From: Phoronis australis
Lineage: Eukaryota; Animalia; Phoronida
Reading direction: 5' to 3'
NCBI GenBank assembly: GCA_002633005.1
Contig: NMRA01000275.1
Coordinates: forward strand, 333,827-397,826
Length of the DNA: 64,000 nucleotides
Shown: in pieces, positions 37,701 to 49,069 of the stretch
Layout: each line of letters starts with the position of its first letter
Numbering within the stretch: the first letter of the stretch is position 1
Position numbers and translations under genes: made by a program
Notes under the pieces: model-generated
Told to the model about the DNA's origin: nothing
Seen by the model: only the letters and a program-made list of their open reading frames with translations
Database searches by the model: none

Positions 37701-38155
37701 TATGGAACGGGACGAGCTTTTTGAAATGTGGCTTTTGCATTAGGTTTAAGCCTGATAGACGCAGTGAAGTCTCGGATTCCCTCACCATTATCAATAAACA
37801 GGTTTTTGTACTTTGCGATAAGATCAATATTTTGCGGTTCACAAGATAACTTGAAGAGGGAATTCCAGTTAACTCTCAATTCTCGTTTCCAATTCCTACC
37901 AAAAAGGGAAGGACGGTTTCCTTTAACCACAACGAGAGGGAATTTTCTCGAGGGCTGCTCTTTAAATGTGACTGGCACCTCAATAACACCAAGCAAGGGC
38001 ACGTTTACTTGATCATACCCGAAAAGAGTAACATTTGGAGGCTCCAGATGAAACTGCGAAAAACTTGCCTTGTAAAGGTCTCCACTGATGGTGGTACGTG
38101 CAGCGCCAGAGTCTACTTCCATAGAAATGTCATGGCCAGCAACATTTACAGTTTA
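34799..38155 (-). mobile_element. Ty3/Gypsy (Mag/K02A2.6-like) element A: PR-RT-RH-INT and 3' LTR, 5'-truncated, frameshifted
   Basis: PR MEVDSGA (38122), RT FIDDILV, RH ADALSRLP, INT VSDNGPQF/YHPASNGQAER. PPT AGAAGGGAGGAG at 34931-34942. LTR 34799-34930 has TG..CA ends. It abuts a gag-like coiled-coil fragment (34660-34798, EREERAHKRELE). Confidence 0.92.
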
Positions 38156-38179
38156 GAACTAATAGTCCGCACATGAAGT

Positions 38180-39350
38180 ATACTAAGCTGCAACATAGTC
38201 CTTTAAGTAGGACGGTGGTCGTTGGTGACGAACAGGTATGTTGGGAACATGTGTTGTAGAATCACAATACATCAACGCGGGTTGGTGCCGAAGACAGAGG
38301 ATTGCCCGATACAGTGGATGGAGGCTCATAGGACTTGTGGAGGTGCACTCTATTGCGTGACGTAGCATCCGTTAGGGGTTTGCACTTCATAAGATTAGTC
38401 ACCAAGTCACTTTGTCACAAATCCTTTCTTCCACTCGTTGATGCCAAGTTGACTTGGTTGAATTCACACTGAGTCACCTTCCAGAAACTAATTAGGTAGG
38501 TCCTTGGCGTGTTGATTGCAACGTTGAGCTAATTGTAAACGGGCCATTTCATCCATTTTGTAACTGTCGCTGTAATACGAGTGTGATGCCTCACCACGTG
38601 GAGCTTAGACAGTCTGGCTGTGACAGGCACCAGAGATCGTGTGCGACGACCAAGTAAGCGTTGAGCTGGGCTACTACCCACATCTAATATTACGTGACTC
38701 CAGAAATAGGAATTCGTCTGAGATCTCTTACACTTGCGAAGTAAAGTCTTGGCTGCCTTGACCGCTGACTCGATCTTTCCGTTTAACTGTGAGTGTTTTG
38801 GGGAATTCATGTTGGGTACAATCCCACTTGTGTATGAAAGGTCGGAATTCCATGCTTTTTTCCTGGATCTGACATGATCACAGAAAGAATTCCATAACTA
38901 GCAAAATGTGGTTTTATCTTCTTAATGATGGCAGACACAGAAAATGAAGGAAGACGATCCACTTCCCAGAAGTTAAAAGTAGTAATCAACAAGAATGTGA
39001 TAGTCCTCACCATCAAGGGAAAATATATCCATGCACACCTTTTCCCAGTGACGAGAAAGGGTATCGAGTGAGTGCAGGAATCCCTTTGGCTGTGCCCTCT
39101 CGTAAGTTCTGTATGCATCACACTGTTGAATGAGCTGTTTTATTTCGACAGTCATCCCAGGCCAGTATAAGCATTCTCGTGCTCTATGTAAAGTACTTTC
39201 AACATCGAAGTGTGGCTCATGAAGGAGATTCTTCATTTCAGCCCGCATGCAGAAGGGACATTAACTCTCTCACCCCGGAAAATCAGTCCATCACTCAGAG
39301 AGTACCCATAGGTGGCAGCACCTTACAGACCGTACAACACCACTCTGTTA
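38180..39350 (-). mobile_element. Ty3/Gypsy element B, integrase fragment
   Basis: RARECLYWPGM...WEKVCMDIF...VDYY, SQLNGKIESAVK, C-terminal RPPSYLKDYV. Confidence 0.85.
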
Positions 39351-39494
39351 GATTTAAAATCTTCCAAGTGTTCCTTCAATATTAAAGAATTATCGCATTT
39401 AGCAAATCTTGATGCAAGATTTCAGCATGCAAGTGACATCAAAACCGTGGAAATATATGTTGAGATCTGTCATTGACGATTGGGTGTTTTTCAT

Positions 39495-42400
39495 TGTTAA
39501 CATTGATAATCCCAGATTAGATTCAAGTCAGTTTTTCAAAGACAAACAACTGCCATTTTTGAGGAAGTCACTTGAAATCTATTTTTCAGACAATAGAGAG
39601 CGTACATCAAACAACACGCCATCTAGCGGTCGCAATACATAATCTATTACACCCTTCCCCTCAAGCTTGGAAAACTTAACTAAAGGAACAACACACAGTT
39701 TTACAAGTTCAACCTGTCCGGGGGCTTAACATTTCTGAGCGAACGTCTAGGAGCCGGTACTGGCAGAGCTTCCGGAACAGGCACAGATGCTGAGGGTGAT
39801 TCCACGACATCCCTGTTAGATTCGGGAACAATGGGTGAACTCAACATATCATCAGGGCTTGTCGCTGAATCAGGCTCATTAACATTAGGCACAGGTTCAA
39901 TGTTACAATATCATTACCAGAAGACAAATCATCAGTTACTTTAATCTACACTTCTATCATGCAAACTGGGAGATGTACAATCTAGCTGCATCTGGTCAAC
40001 ATGACGTCTAAATATTCGTCATTGTCAGATTTCACCAAATACATGCGAGACCCTAAACTTTCCATAATGATACCTGGCAACTTATTAGGGCCAACACCAA
40101 AGTTTTGAAACAGAACCTTATCACCAATCTCAAATACACGTAATTTACCAGATTTGTGATTTTCACATTGAACAGCTTTAGTTTTGACTCGGCTAGTAAA
40201 ATCAGGTTTCACTCTGCTTAAAGCAGTCGTTAATCTACGATTCATAAGCAACTCTGCGGGTGTAACTCCCGTCACAGAATGTGGTCTTGTCCTGTTGCTC
40301 AGTAAAACCCGTGACAAACGTGTTTCGAGCAACCCTTCAGTGACACGTTTCAAACCGTTCTTGATAATCTGCACTGCCCTTTCTGCAGCGCCGTTCGATG
40401 CAGGCTAGTGACATGCTTACAAGAAAACCTTGGAATGTCTTACTAATAAATGCACTACCATTATCTGAAACAATGGTATCGGGCAAACCATTGTTTGCAA
40501 AAATACGACGTAATTTCTCAATGGTTAACTCAGCAGTAATGCTGCTCATGGTACATGACTCAATCCATTTAGAGTAGGCATCAATGACTATGAGAAAATA
40601 TGTACCCAAAAATGGTCCAGCAAAATCAATATGAAGCCTTTCCCAAGGTGCGGTAGGGAACTGCCACATATACAATGGTGCCTCAGCAGGTTTCTTACTC
40701 AACATTTGACAAGTTTTATATTTCTTAACAACATCACTCAATGCTGAATCAAAACCAGGCAACCAAACATAGTTTCTACTCAAAGATTTCATAGCACAAA
40801 TACCAGGATGTGCGTCATGTAACTCATCTAAAATCCTAACACAACCTTGCGGAGGAATAGTCACACGTGATCCCCACAAAACTAAGTTGTCTTGTACACT
40901 TAGTTCAAGCTTCCTGCTTACATATGGTGTCAAATCATCAAGTAACTCAGTAGATAACACAGGGTCACGACTTGTCCAAAGTCTCAATTGCGATGCAGAT
41001 ACAGGAGATTCACTCTTTTGCAATGTTTGCATCAACAAAACCAGATCACCAGGGGTAGGAGTGTTTACCTCCTGAAACGGCAATGGCAATCTACTGAGAG
41101 CATCTGCAACACAATTGGTTGATCCCTTACGATTACGAATACAATAATCATAACCTGACGACGTCAAGGCCCAACGCTGCATTCTGGCTGACGCCATAGG
41201 AGGTATAGATTTTGTGTCATGTAAAAGGGTTAGAAGGGGTTTGTGATCTATTTCTAGTGTGAATTTACAACCCCAAACATACTGGTGCATTTTCTTAACA
41301 GCAAAAACACAAGCTAGACCCTCCTTGTCAACCATCCCATAGTTTCGTTAGGCCTTGTCAAGAGATCTAGATGCATAGGCAATAGGCGATTCAGTTCCAT
41401 CAGGGTTTATGTGAGACAAAGTGCAACTTAAACCATACGAAGACGCATCGCACGACAGTAGTAATGGTTTATCAGGGTCATAATGAACTTACAATGGAGA
41501 TGAAAACAACAGTTCCTTCGCACCATCTGGCTCATCACCAGTGAATACTTAGGGTTAGCCGCAATATAATCACGGATTGACTCTGTGGGCTTTTGTATCT
41601 TTTTCATGAATCGGAAATGTTCCATAATCACCACCGGTTTTGGGGAGTAATGTTCTTTCAGTGCAGCGACGCATTGTTGAAACGTTTTGTCCTTAGGGGC
41701 TGCCAGAGACACCAATGAGTTCAACAGATCATAAGCCGTTTCACTGATAACGGCTAAAAAACAAGTAACATGTTTTCCGGAGGGCAAATCATTTGCCTCG
41801 AAATACGCCTCCAATTGTTCAATGTATGAATCAAAGTTAGTTGGTTCTGTTAATGGAGATATTGATCCTATTAAAGACGACATTTTTCGACTTCGTCGCC
41901 TACTGTTAACGTTGATGAACCCAGATTCAATTCGAGTCAGTTCTTCAAAGACAAACAACTGTAAGGTGTTCTGTTATACCAATAAAGTCATATATCCAGT
42001 ATATTAATACGTTTATTATGGAGAGCACAAATACACTACTTATCAGATCGAGCTGTAGCCATTAGCGGAAGTAGGTCAAGTTCAATGTTACTTCCAAATA
42101 ACAACATTACTTAACTAACACATGACATCTCCCGTCTTCAAAAGAAAAACAAAAGAATATTCAACTACACTAAACTAATTGAAAAGTTTACGAAATAACA
42201 AAGTCCTTGAAGCATCTGGGTAGCTTGATTTGTCGTTTAGGTGTGCCACCTGTAGACTCGGGCTGCAGTGGTTGGTTGGTTTGTTGAATAAGGCGTCCGC
42301 CGGGGGTTTCCAAGTTTCAATCGGGTGGCAACGTTGGTGGTGGGAGTTTTGGTTCACTAGATGAAGTCTCCGGCTGTGGGGACGGCTTTGATGCAGGACA

Positions 42401-42667
42401 ATCTTTCGAGTCTGGATCCAGACGCTGGGGTATCAGGCTTGGCTTTATATGCACGCGGTTTATTGAGTACTTAATACCGGCAGTGTCTTTGACAGTATAC
42501 GACCGTTTATCAAGTTCAATGTGGCTTCCAAATAACAACATTACTTAACTAACACATGACAACAACATCCGTTTTTGAGGAAGTCACTTGAAATCTATTT
42601 TTCAGACAATAGAGAGCGTACATCAAACAACTCGCCATCTAGTGGTCGCAATACATAATCTATTACA
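39495..42667 (-). mobile_element. Ty3/Gypsy element C with both LTRs and TTCAT TSD; PR and RT deleted
   Basis: LTRs 39495-39651 and 41904-41959 plus 42567-42667 (~8% diverged by eye). PBS TAGGCGACGAAG at 41891-41902, PPT at 39652-39662. gag (FDSYIEQLEAYFEAND) is joined directly to RH and INT (HIDFAGPF, VSDNGSAF). Confidence 0.92.
41960..42561 (-). mobile_element. LTR element D, ~600-bp deletion derivative inserted into the 5' LTR of element C, ACAAC TSD
   Basis: ACAAC|TGTAAGG...CATGACA|ACAAC. LTR segment 42077-42127 is repeated at 42511-42561. PPT at 42128-42139. Integrase tail RSYTVK..G..Y..NRVHIKP. Confidence 0.88.
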
Positions 42668-43000
42668 TTCATTAAATGTGAATTGTGAGAGTCTTAGACG
42701 TCCTCCTACCCAGAGCAGTCCATCTGGGTCAATGTAGAAATCCAATTTCTGCAGAGGACAGTTTCTTGGTTGTTTCTTGCCTTCCGGGAGTGCAGATATC
42801 TTATTTCCGTAACAGGCCTGTTGAGCCGCTTTGATGACGATTGTCTTGGCCTGCGAGAGACTGTCGACATCTGGGATACATAAGTGCCATCCTTTTGCAT
42901 TACAAGGGTTGCCCTTGTCGCGTCTGTAGCATGAGCTAACCTGTATCAGTAAGGCCATCGCCTTCGTTAAAGACTTCCAACTGGTTAAGCGTGTGAATCT

Positions 43001-44165
43001 TGTTGAAATATGTCACTTTTGGTTGCAAAAATGAAACCACAACACATCATGAGAATGACCTAGTCTATTGTGAAAAAGAGACTAACTACAACGAAACAAC
43101 TAATAATGCGGTCGATGTAACGTAGAAGGAACTTAAACTTTCAACATTCCTCAGTTGTTAGTGTTTAAGTTCAAACATAACCAATAAAATAGTTTCTCTA
43201 AGTTCTCAATGCTGGTATGATAAAGTATCCGGACAGTACCGTTGGCCTTTTATACTCCTTCTCAAGTCCAAATATGTACTCATCAAACACAACATCACGA
43301 GTAAGAATGGCTCGATCACGAGTTATATCATACACACGATATGCCTTACTATCAGGTGCATAACCCTGAAAGATGGTCTTTCTAGATTTTGAATCAAACT
43401 TAGAATGTTCGTCCTTAGGGACATGTGTATATGCTCTGCAGCCAAAAACACATAGAGTATCAACACTCAGTTTTTCACCCATCAAGGCCTCAAATGGAGT
43501 TTGACCATTTGCTGCCTTCGTAGGACTTCAGTTTCGCAAATAGGTAGCAGTGGAGATTGCCTCTGCCCAAAATTTCTGGGGCAAAAGCAATTCAGCAAGC
43601 ATTGAGCGTGCAGTTTCGACAAGGGTGCGATTCATTCTTTCGGCAACTTCGTTTTGCTCTGGTGTTTTCGGAACAGTAATTTGGTGTCTGATTCCCTCTC
43701 GATTGTCTGAGGTACTGTTCAAACTGCTTTGAAATGTACTCTCCTCCATTGTCAGATCTAAGAGTTTTGAGTTTCTTGTTGAGGATGAGGCCATTGTGTT
43801 CGGATTTGCTGTGGATTTATTTGCCAGTATAAAGAAGTGAATACAACACCTCTCGTGGGTTAATAGGAAGTGTCCTTCTTAATTATCTCCAAAACAAAAG
43901 AGAACATACAATCAACTACACTAGAGAACAATAGATGGCACCACATGACAGACACAGCTCATCATCTGACCAGTAAGATTCTCAGCCATAGCCTTCCATT
44001 CTAAAAAGGTATCGAATACCTGATCCTTACGCTTGGTGATGTACACCCAAGTATACCAGGAATAATCATCGACAAATGTCAGAAAGTATTCACAACCACT
44101 GAGGGAAGCTGTGCACATTTTACCACAAACATCAGTGTGCACAAGTCCCAGAGGGACATTACTAC
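43001..44165 (-). mobile_element. Ty1/Copia element fragment (integrase plus 3' LTR)
   Basis: LVHTDVCG, YFLTFVDDYS, LRSDNGGEY, PKTPEQNEVAERMNRTLVE, FGCRAYTHVP. LTR TGTTGAAA...TTTCAACA at 43001-43146. Confidence 0.92.
43777..43964 (-). mobile_element. Solo LTR inserted in the Copia integrase
   Basis: TGTTGAG...CTCATCA termini interrupt LTGQ|KLKTLRSDNGG. AATAAA is on the minus strand. TSD not clean. Confidence 0.6.
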
Positions 44166-45429
44166 GATGGGCCTTGTCAGCAAAGTCTGTACGAAATGTG
44201 AGTGTATCATTATTGACATCCCAGCTCACACCAAGACTGCACTGTACTGGCATGGAGTTGCTGCTTAAGTCGAGATTCTTGGGGTCTTTGGCCAAATCTT
44301 TTGTAGGAAAGGCCTTCAACACGTCTTCACTGTTTGAGGCGGTCTTATGGAGGTGAAGTTTCCCTTCCGTGATTAGAGCTTACTGTGTCCTTTTAAGCAA
44401 GCTGACTGTTGCCTGGGGTGTCGGAAGTGACACTAATCCGTCGTCAACGTAGAAGTTGTGATCGACGAACTTCTTTATGTCAGATTCATACAAAGATTCG
44501 GCTCTCTGTGCCGTGAGCCTCAGCCCATAAGTCGCAATAGCAGGAGATGGAGTGTTACCGAAAACGTGGGCACTCATGCATACTCTATGAGGTCTTTAAA
44601 TAGATCACCGTCCCTGTACCAGAAGAAATGTAGGAGGTTTCTGTGTTGTTCATTTACTTAAAAATTGTAAAACATTTGCTGTATGTCAGCTGTCATTGCT
44701 GCGGCTTGCTGTCAGAATCTCAGTAGTACACCAAGTAGGCTGTTGGTGAAGTCGGGGCTTTTGAGGAGGACATCGTTTAAAGACATGCCGTTATGCCATG
44801 CAGACGAATCAAAAACACCTCGTATTTGGTCTGGCTTCTTTGGATGGTAAGCGCCAAACAATGGCAGGTACCAACATTCTTCATTCTCTAACAGAGGTGG
44901 TGCAACTTCGGCATGACCTGCTCCAATGACAGTTTTCATAGACGTCACAAAGTGTTCTCTTTTCTTCAGGTCTTTGCGAAGGCTGTGATCAAGGACCTTG
45001 GCAAGTTTCCAGGCCTGTGATCTATTTTTCGGTAGAGTGGGTCACTGAGTCTTGAAGGGAGGGGAGCTATCCAGTGACCATCTCCATTCTTCCTGAAGTT
45101 TGTGCTTACAGTGCTCAGGAATTCGCGATCCTCAACTGATTTTCCCGGCTTCTCGTCCTGTGTCGTTGTCTCGAAAACATTCCTTCCAAGTAAACCATCC
45201 GATATCATGGGAGCTTCCACAGCCTGTTTTTTGATGGTGAACGCATTTGGGCATGGTTAAGACAACGACGGACGCCGGTTGCTTAAGATGAATGTCTTGT
45301 TGGCCACAATATTTTCTCAAGCAGCTCGGCACTCTTTGTCCTTGCCAGGAACTCCAACAGGGCGTCTGTTACTGAGTCGTATCTATTGACAAGTACATTT
45401 ATAGCATTTTGGATTTCTTGAAGCTTAGT

Positions 45430-46448
45430 CATGCGAATGTGTCCGGTTTTCGAGCATTTGTGGCACTTCGCGTCCTTGAACGGACAATTATCTTTTGTGT
45501 GATTGTCTCTAAAGCAACGCAAGCGAGGCGATTTCTCTGAATTGTTCATATGCAGGTTTCCAGCCTTTGTGACGAATAGAATGCGCAGTTTCTCCATTTG
45601 GGGTAGAAGCTTGCAGGGTTTTGCTGTCAATATTGTCTTGTTCCTGTGCCAGTGCAAGTTTACAAGCCGTTTCCCAATTGAGTGAATCTCCCTTTACGAG
45701 CAACTTGGCCTGCATAGTTTGTTCATTCAACCCTGACACAAATGTGTCCCTGAGACTGTTCTCTAGTTCATCACCATAGGAATAATTTTTAGATAATTTT
45801 TGTAGTGCCAAATATAGTCACTAATGGTCTCACCTTTCATATGTTTACGATTTCAAAATTTGATGCGATAAGCGACAACACTCTTAGTTGTTTCGTAGTA
45901 TTTCGTCAGAATGGCCATAATATGTCCACAAAACTTTTGTCCGTTGGATGTCTTGGAAGGCATTGATTGTAAACAATTTCAAAAGCTGCGGGACCGATCA
46001 GCATGAGAAAGACATTCACCTTCTTGTCATGGGCAATGTCATTGGCCAACATATAAATCTCAGTTCTCTGTAGGTACATGGACCATTTCCCCGTTAAAGG
46101 GTCAAACTCTCCAATGTCAAAGTGTCCAATGTAATTTCTGGTGGCGTTGCCAGCCGCCATATTGGATTTATATGAGGTCAAATTTTATGCTTCTTTATCG
46201 AATATTTTGCTAACTGCAAGTCCTTTCACTGGAATTCACCATCCTGGTTAATCCTGAATGTATTTTTAACATATCTTCGCAAAAACAGTCCTTGTCTCCA
46301 AATTGTGACGTTTTTAACGACGAGCCAGAGAACAAAGAAACACACCTCGTTCAGCAAACAACTAACTTTATTCTAAACCAGTAGGTTTCACCACTGTACG
46401 GTGTATACATATGAGAATGGCAATATCCCACATTGACTTAGTAGTAGC
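45430..46448 (-). mobile_element. Ty3/Gypsy element E: 5' LTR, PBS and gag with zinc knuckle
   Basis: PBS-like TGGAGACAAGG at 46290-46300. WSMYLQRTEIYMLANDI, LRDTFVSGL, CHKCSKTGH. Confidence 0.8.
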
Positions 46449-46449
46449 A

Positions 46450-47292
46450 TTGTGTTTGTGGACGCAGTCCACCATATTTTCTCTCAAGAGTGTCTTTCGC
46501 TGCTTCATAAGCCAACGCTGAATGGCCTAGGCTTTCGATGATTTTCAGTGGATCCCCAGACAGGTACTTTTTGAGCTGCAACAGCTTGAAATCAGCGGTC
46601 TGTGGCGCTCTGTCTACACAAGCCATGAACGCTGCCTTCCAGCCACCACATGTTTTGTTGTCGCCATTAAAAGTCAGGATGGACACCCTTGTCAGTTGGT
46701 TCCACATATCTCTACCTATTTCATCGTCAGCGAGACCGTCATACAGTTGGGTACCTTCAGTAGCTGTAAAAGGGCCTTGGTATAGACGGGATGAAACCTC
46801 CGGCAAGGGGGAGATGTGTTGTGTTTTGCTTTATTTTCAACTTTAACAGCGTTTTGTGGGGACTGGGAATCATAATGTTCTGCTTTGTCAACAACCGATC
46901 TAGTTTCACTAGCGCATGTCTTGAACTGGCTCTCCGCCCTGTCAAATTCTTCTTCAATTTTTTCAGTCTCTTTGCTTATTTTGTCTACGTTTGCATGATC
47001 ACCGCTTTTGGCATACAAGTCTGACAGGCGGGCCAGGACGTCTGTTACGCTCTCATATGTGTCTAGGAGATGATTTTTCAGTGTTTTGAGTTCACTAAAG
47101 TTTGTCTCGGTGTCATACAAAGAGTCTAACAACTGATAGCGGCATCTGGTAAATAGTGATTAACATTTGGCTTTCGCCATTTTTAGCTGGGTGATCTCTT
47201 CGTCGGAATCTGCCGGAACATAGGTCTGGTGCTTACGACCCATCTTAATTCGTCCACAGTTCTTTTAACGTTGTAACCTTGCTCTGCTACCA
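46450..47292 (-). mobile_element. BEL/Pao gag region (DUF1759-like) with PBS
   Basis: PBS TGGTAGCAGAGC at 47281-47292. LTRVSILTFNGD...WKAAFMACVD...KLLQLKKYLSG...LERKYGG. Confidence 0.85.
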
Positions 47293-47294
47293 AT

Positions 47295-48860
47295 TCTCTG
47301 GCCTCACGATGATCAAAGACAACAATAATAAGCTATTTCAATGATATATTTTCCGACAAAAGTTCGATCAAACTATGACAATATGGCGGGAACAACTACG
47401 CCCCCAGCCGCTAGAGGCAGCAGTAAAATACTTCTATACAACAAAGAACACTGGGAATAACGGCGATAGCGTGACTAGACTTAATAAAGTTGAATAAGCG
47501 AACTAAAATGAAGTAAATAAAGATATAATGAAGTAATACTTGTACTAATTTAACTAAAGTCTGTATAACAAGATCCATCACAATGTAAACAACAGATCCA
47601 TCACAACAGTTACTTATAGTGCCAAATAGAATTTTTAGCATTATACCAAATAATTATCTTCTCCAGGTATTTTTTCCTAATACCAGTTATCACAACACAC
47701 AAAATAACACCATTAATCAGCTTCCAGCAATAAACACAATTTGGTGACTGGTATTTCATACTGCGAATTTTGTGTTTGCACTGTAGCAATACGCACTAAA
47801 CCTTTGTTGTCAGGTTTGACATCAATAATTTTGCCCATGGGCCACACATTTCTTGGTGAAATATCAAACACAAGCACTATATCACCAATTTTCAAATTTC
47901 TCCTTTGCTTAAGCTATTTCTGCTTTTCTTGAAGACACAGGACATATTCTTTCTTCCACTTTGACCAAAATATGTTGCTCAAATACTGAACTTGTCTCCA
48001 TCGGCGTTTCACTTACATGTCGTTTTTCACAAACACGCCTTGTGCAAACTGTTCACCAGACTTAAATGTAGACATCAACATATGATTAGGAGTCAAGGGT
48101 ACTGGATCTCTGGGATCAGATGACAAAACTGTAAGTGGTCTACTGTTAAGAATGGACTCCACTTCGCAAAACAAGGTTTGAAGGCCTTCGGCGTCTAGTT
48201 TCACTGACTGCTCTTTGGTTAAACCATACAAAATTTTACGGACTGACCTTATCTGCCGTTCCCACAGTCCACCATGGTGACTTGCAGTAGGGGTGTTGAA
48301 TGCCCCCTGTATGCTTTCTTGTTGCAACTCAGCGTGACAAGTCTGTCTTCATTCCATTCTCTGATGGCTGTCGCAACTCTCTGTCTGCACCCACTAAGTT
48401 TGTCCCATTGTCTGACTTCATCCATTTGACAGGACCTCTCCTGAAAATGAATCTTCTAATAGCATTAAAACATGAGTCAAGATCTAATAAGTTTGCTAGC
48501 TCCAAATGACAGGCACGAGATTCAAAACAAGTAAATAGAACCTCGTAACGCTTGTAAACAGATCGACCTCGCTTGATTTCAAGAGGACCAAAGTAGTTGA
48601 CTCCACAGGTGGTGAATGGTTTGTGATCACCAGTGACTCTTTGAACAGGTAAGTCCACCATTTGTTGCTCTCCCAGTCTTCCGAGGTATCTTCTACAATG
48701 AACACATCTTGACAAAGTCTTGCTTGGTTTCAGAATCCAAAATCTTTCACGAAGCTTGGTAAGCACTATATTTTTTCCAGCATGGCCTAATCTTCTGTGC
48801 ATGTCTTGAACTAGAAGGGGCACAACAGGATTGACACCAGGAATAACAATGGGATGCAAT
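47295..48860 (-). mobile_element. BEL/Pao integrase, C-terminal domain and 3' LTR
   Basis: HPIVIP, GVNYFGPL, SDNGTNLVGA, SHHGGLWERQIRSVR, KIGDIVLV..PRNVWPMG..GLVR...PVTKLCLLLE. PPT-like GGGGGCG at ~47400. Confidence 0.88.
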
Positions 48861-49069
48861 TGGCTGTTACAGTTTGTTCCCAGAATTTTCTAGAATCTCT
48901 GGAGTACTTTGACCCCAGAACCCAAAGTTGTAAACACCATCTAAAAATAGATTTTGACGTTTAAGTACATGTCAACAAGTCTAACCTCATGATTTAAAAA
49001 TGCGCAAATTTTGGGCAACTTAAAATGGATCTATTCTTACTAATTACTTAATCAATATTTATTCCCTAC

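Larger units (their letters stand above)
39470..45280 (-). mobile_element. BEL/Pao element (host) split by Gypsy C and Copia insertions; pieces 45280-44170, 43000-42668, 39494-39470
   Basis: WYLPLFGAYHPKKPDQIRGVFDSSA, HVFGNTPSPA, NFYVDDGL, LGVSWD, RFTRLTSWKSL, GLLWVGGRLR..FNE|KHPIV read through the insertion point. Confidence 0.85.

Noticed and set aside
43921-44322. Apparent novel 133-aa protein
   Set aside because: Chance in-frame chimera of BEL, Copia integrase and solo-LTR sequence at deletion/insertion junctions.
48866-48977. Possible additional solo LTR (TGTTACA...TCAACA)
   Set aside because: No second copy, PBS/PPT or TSD to support it.
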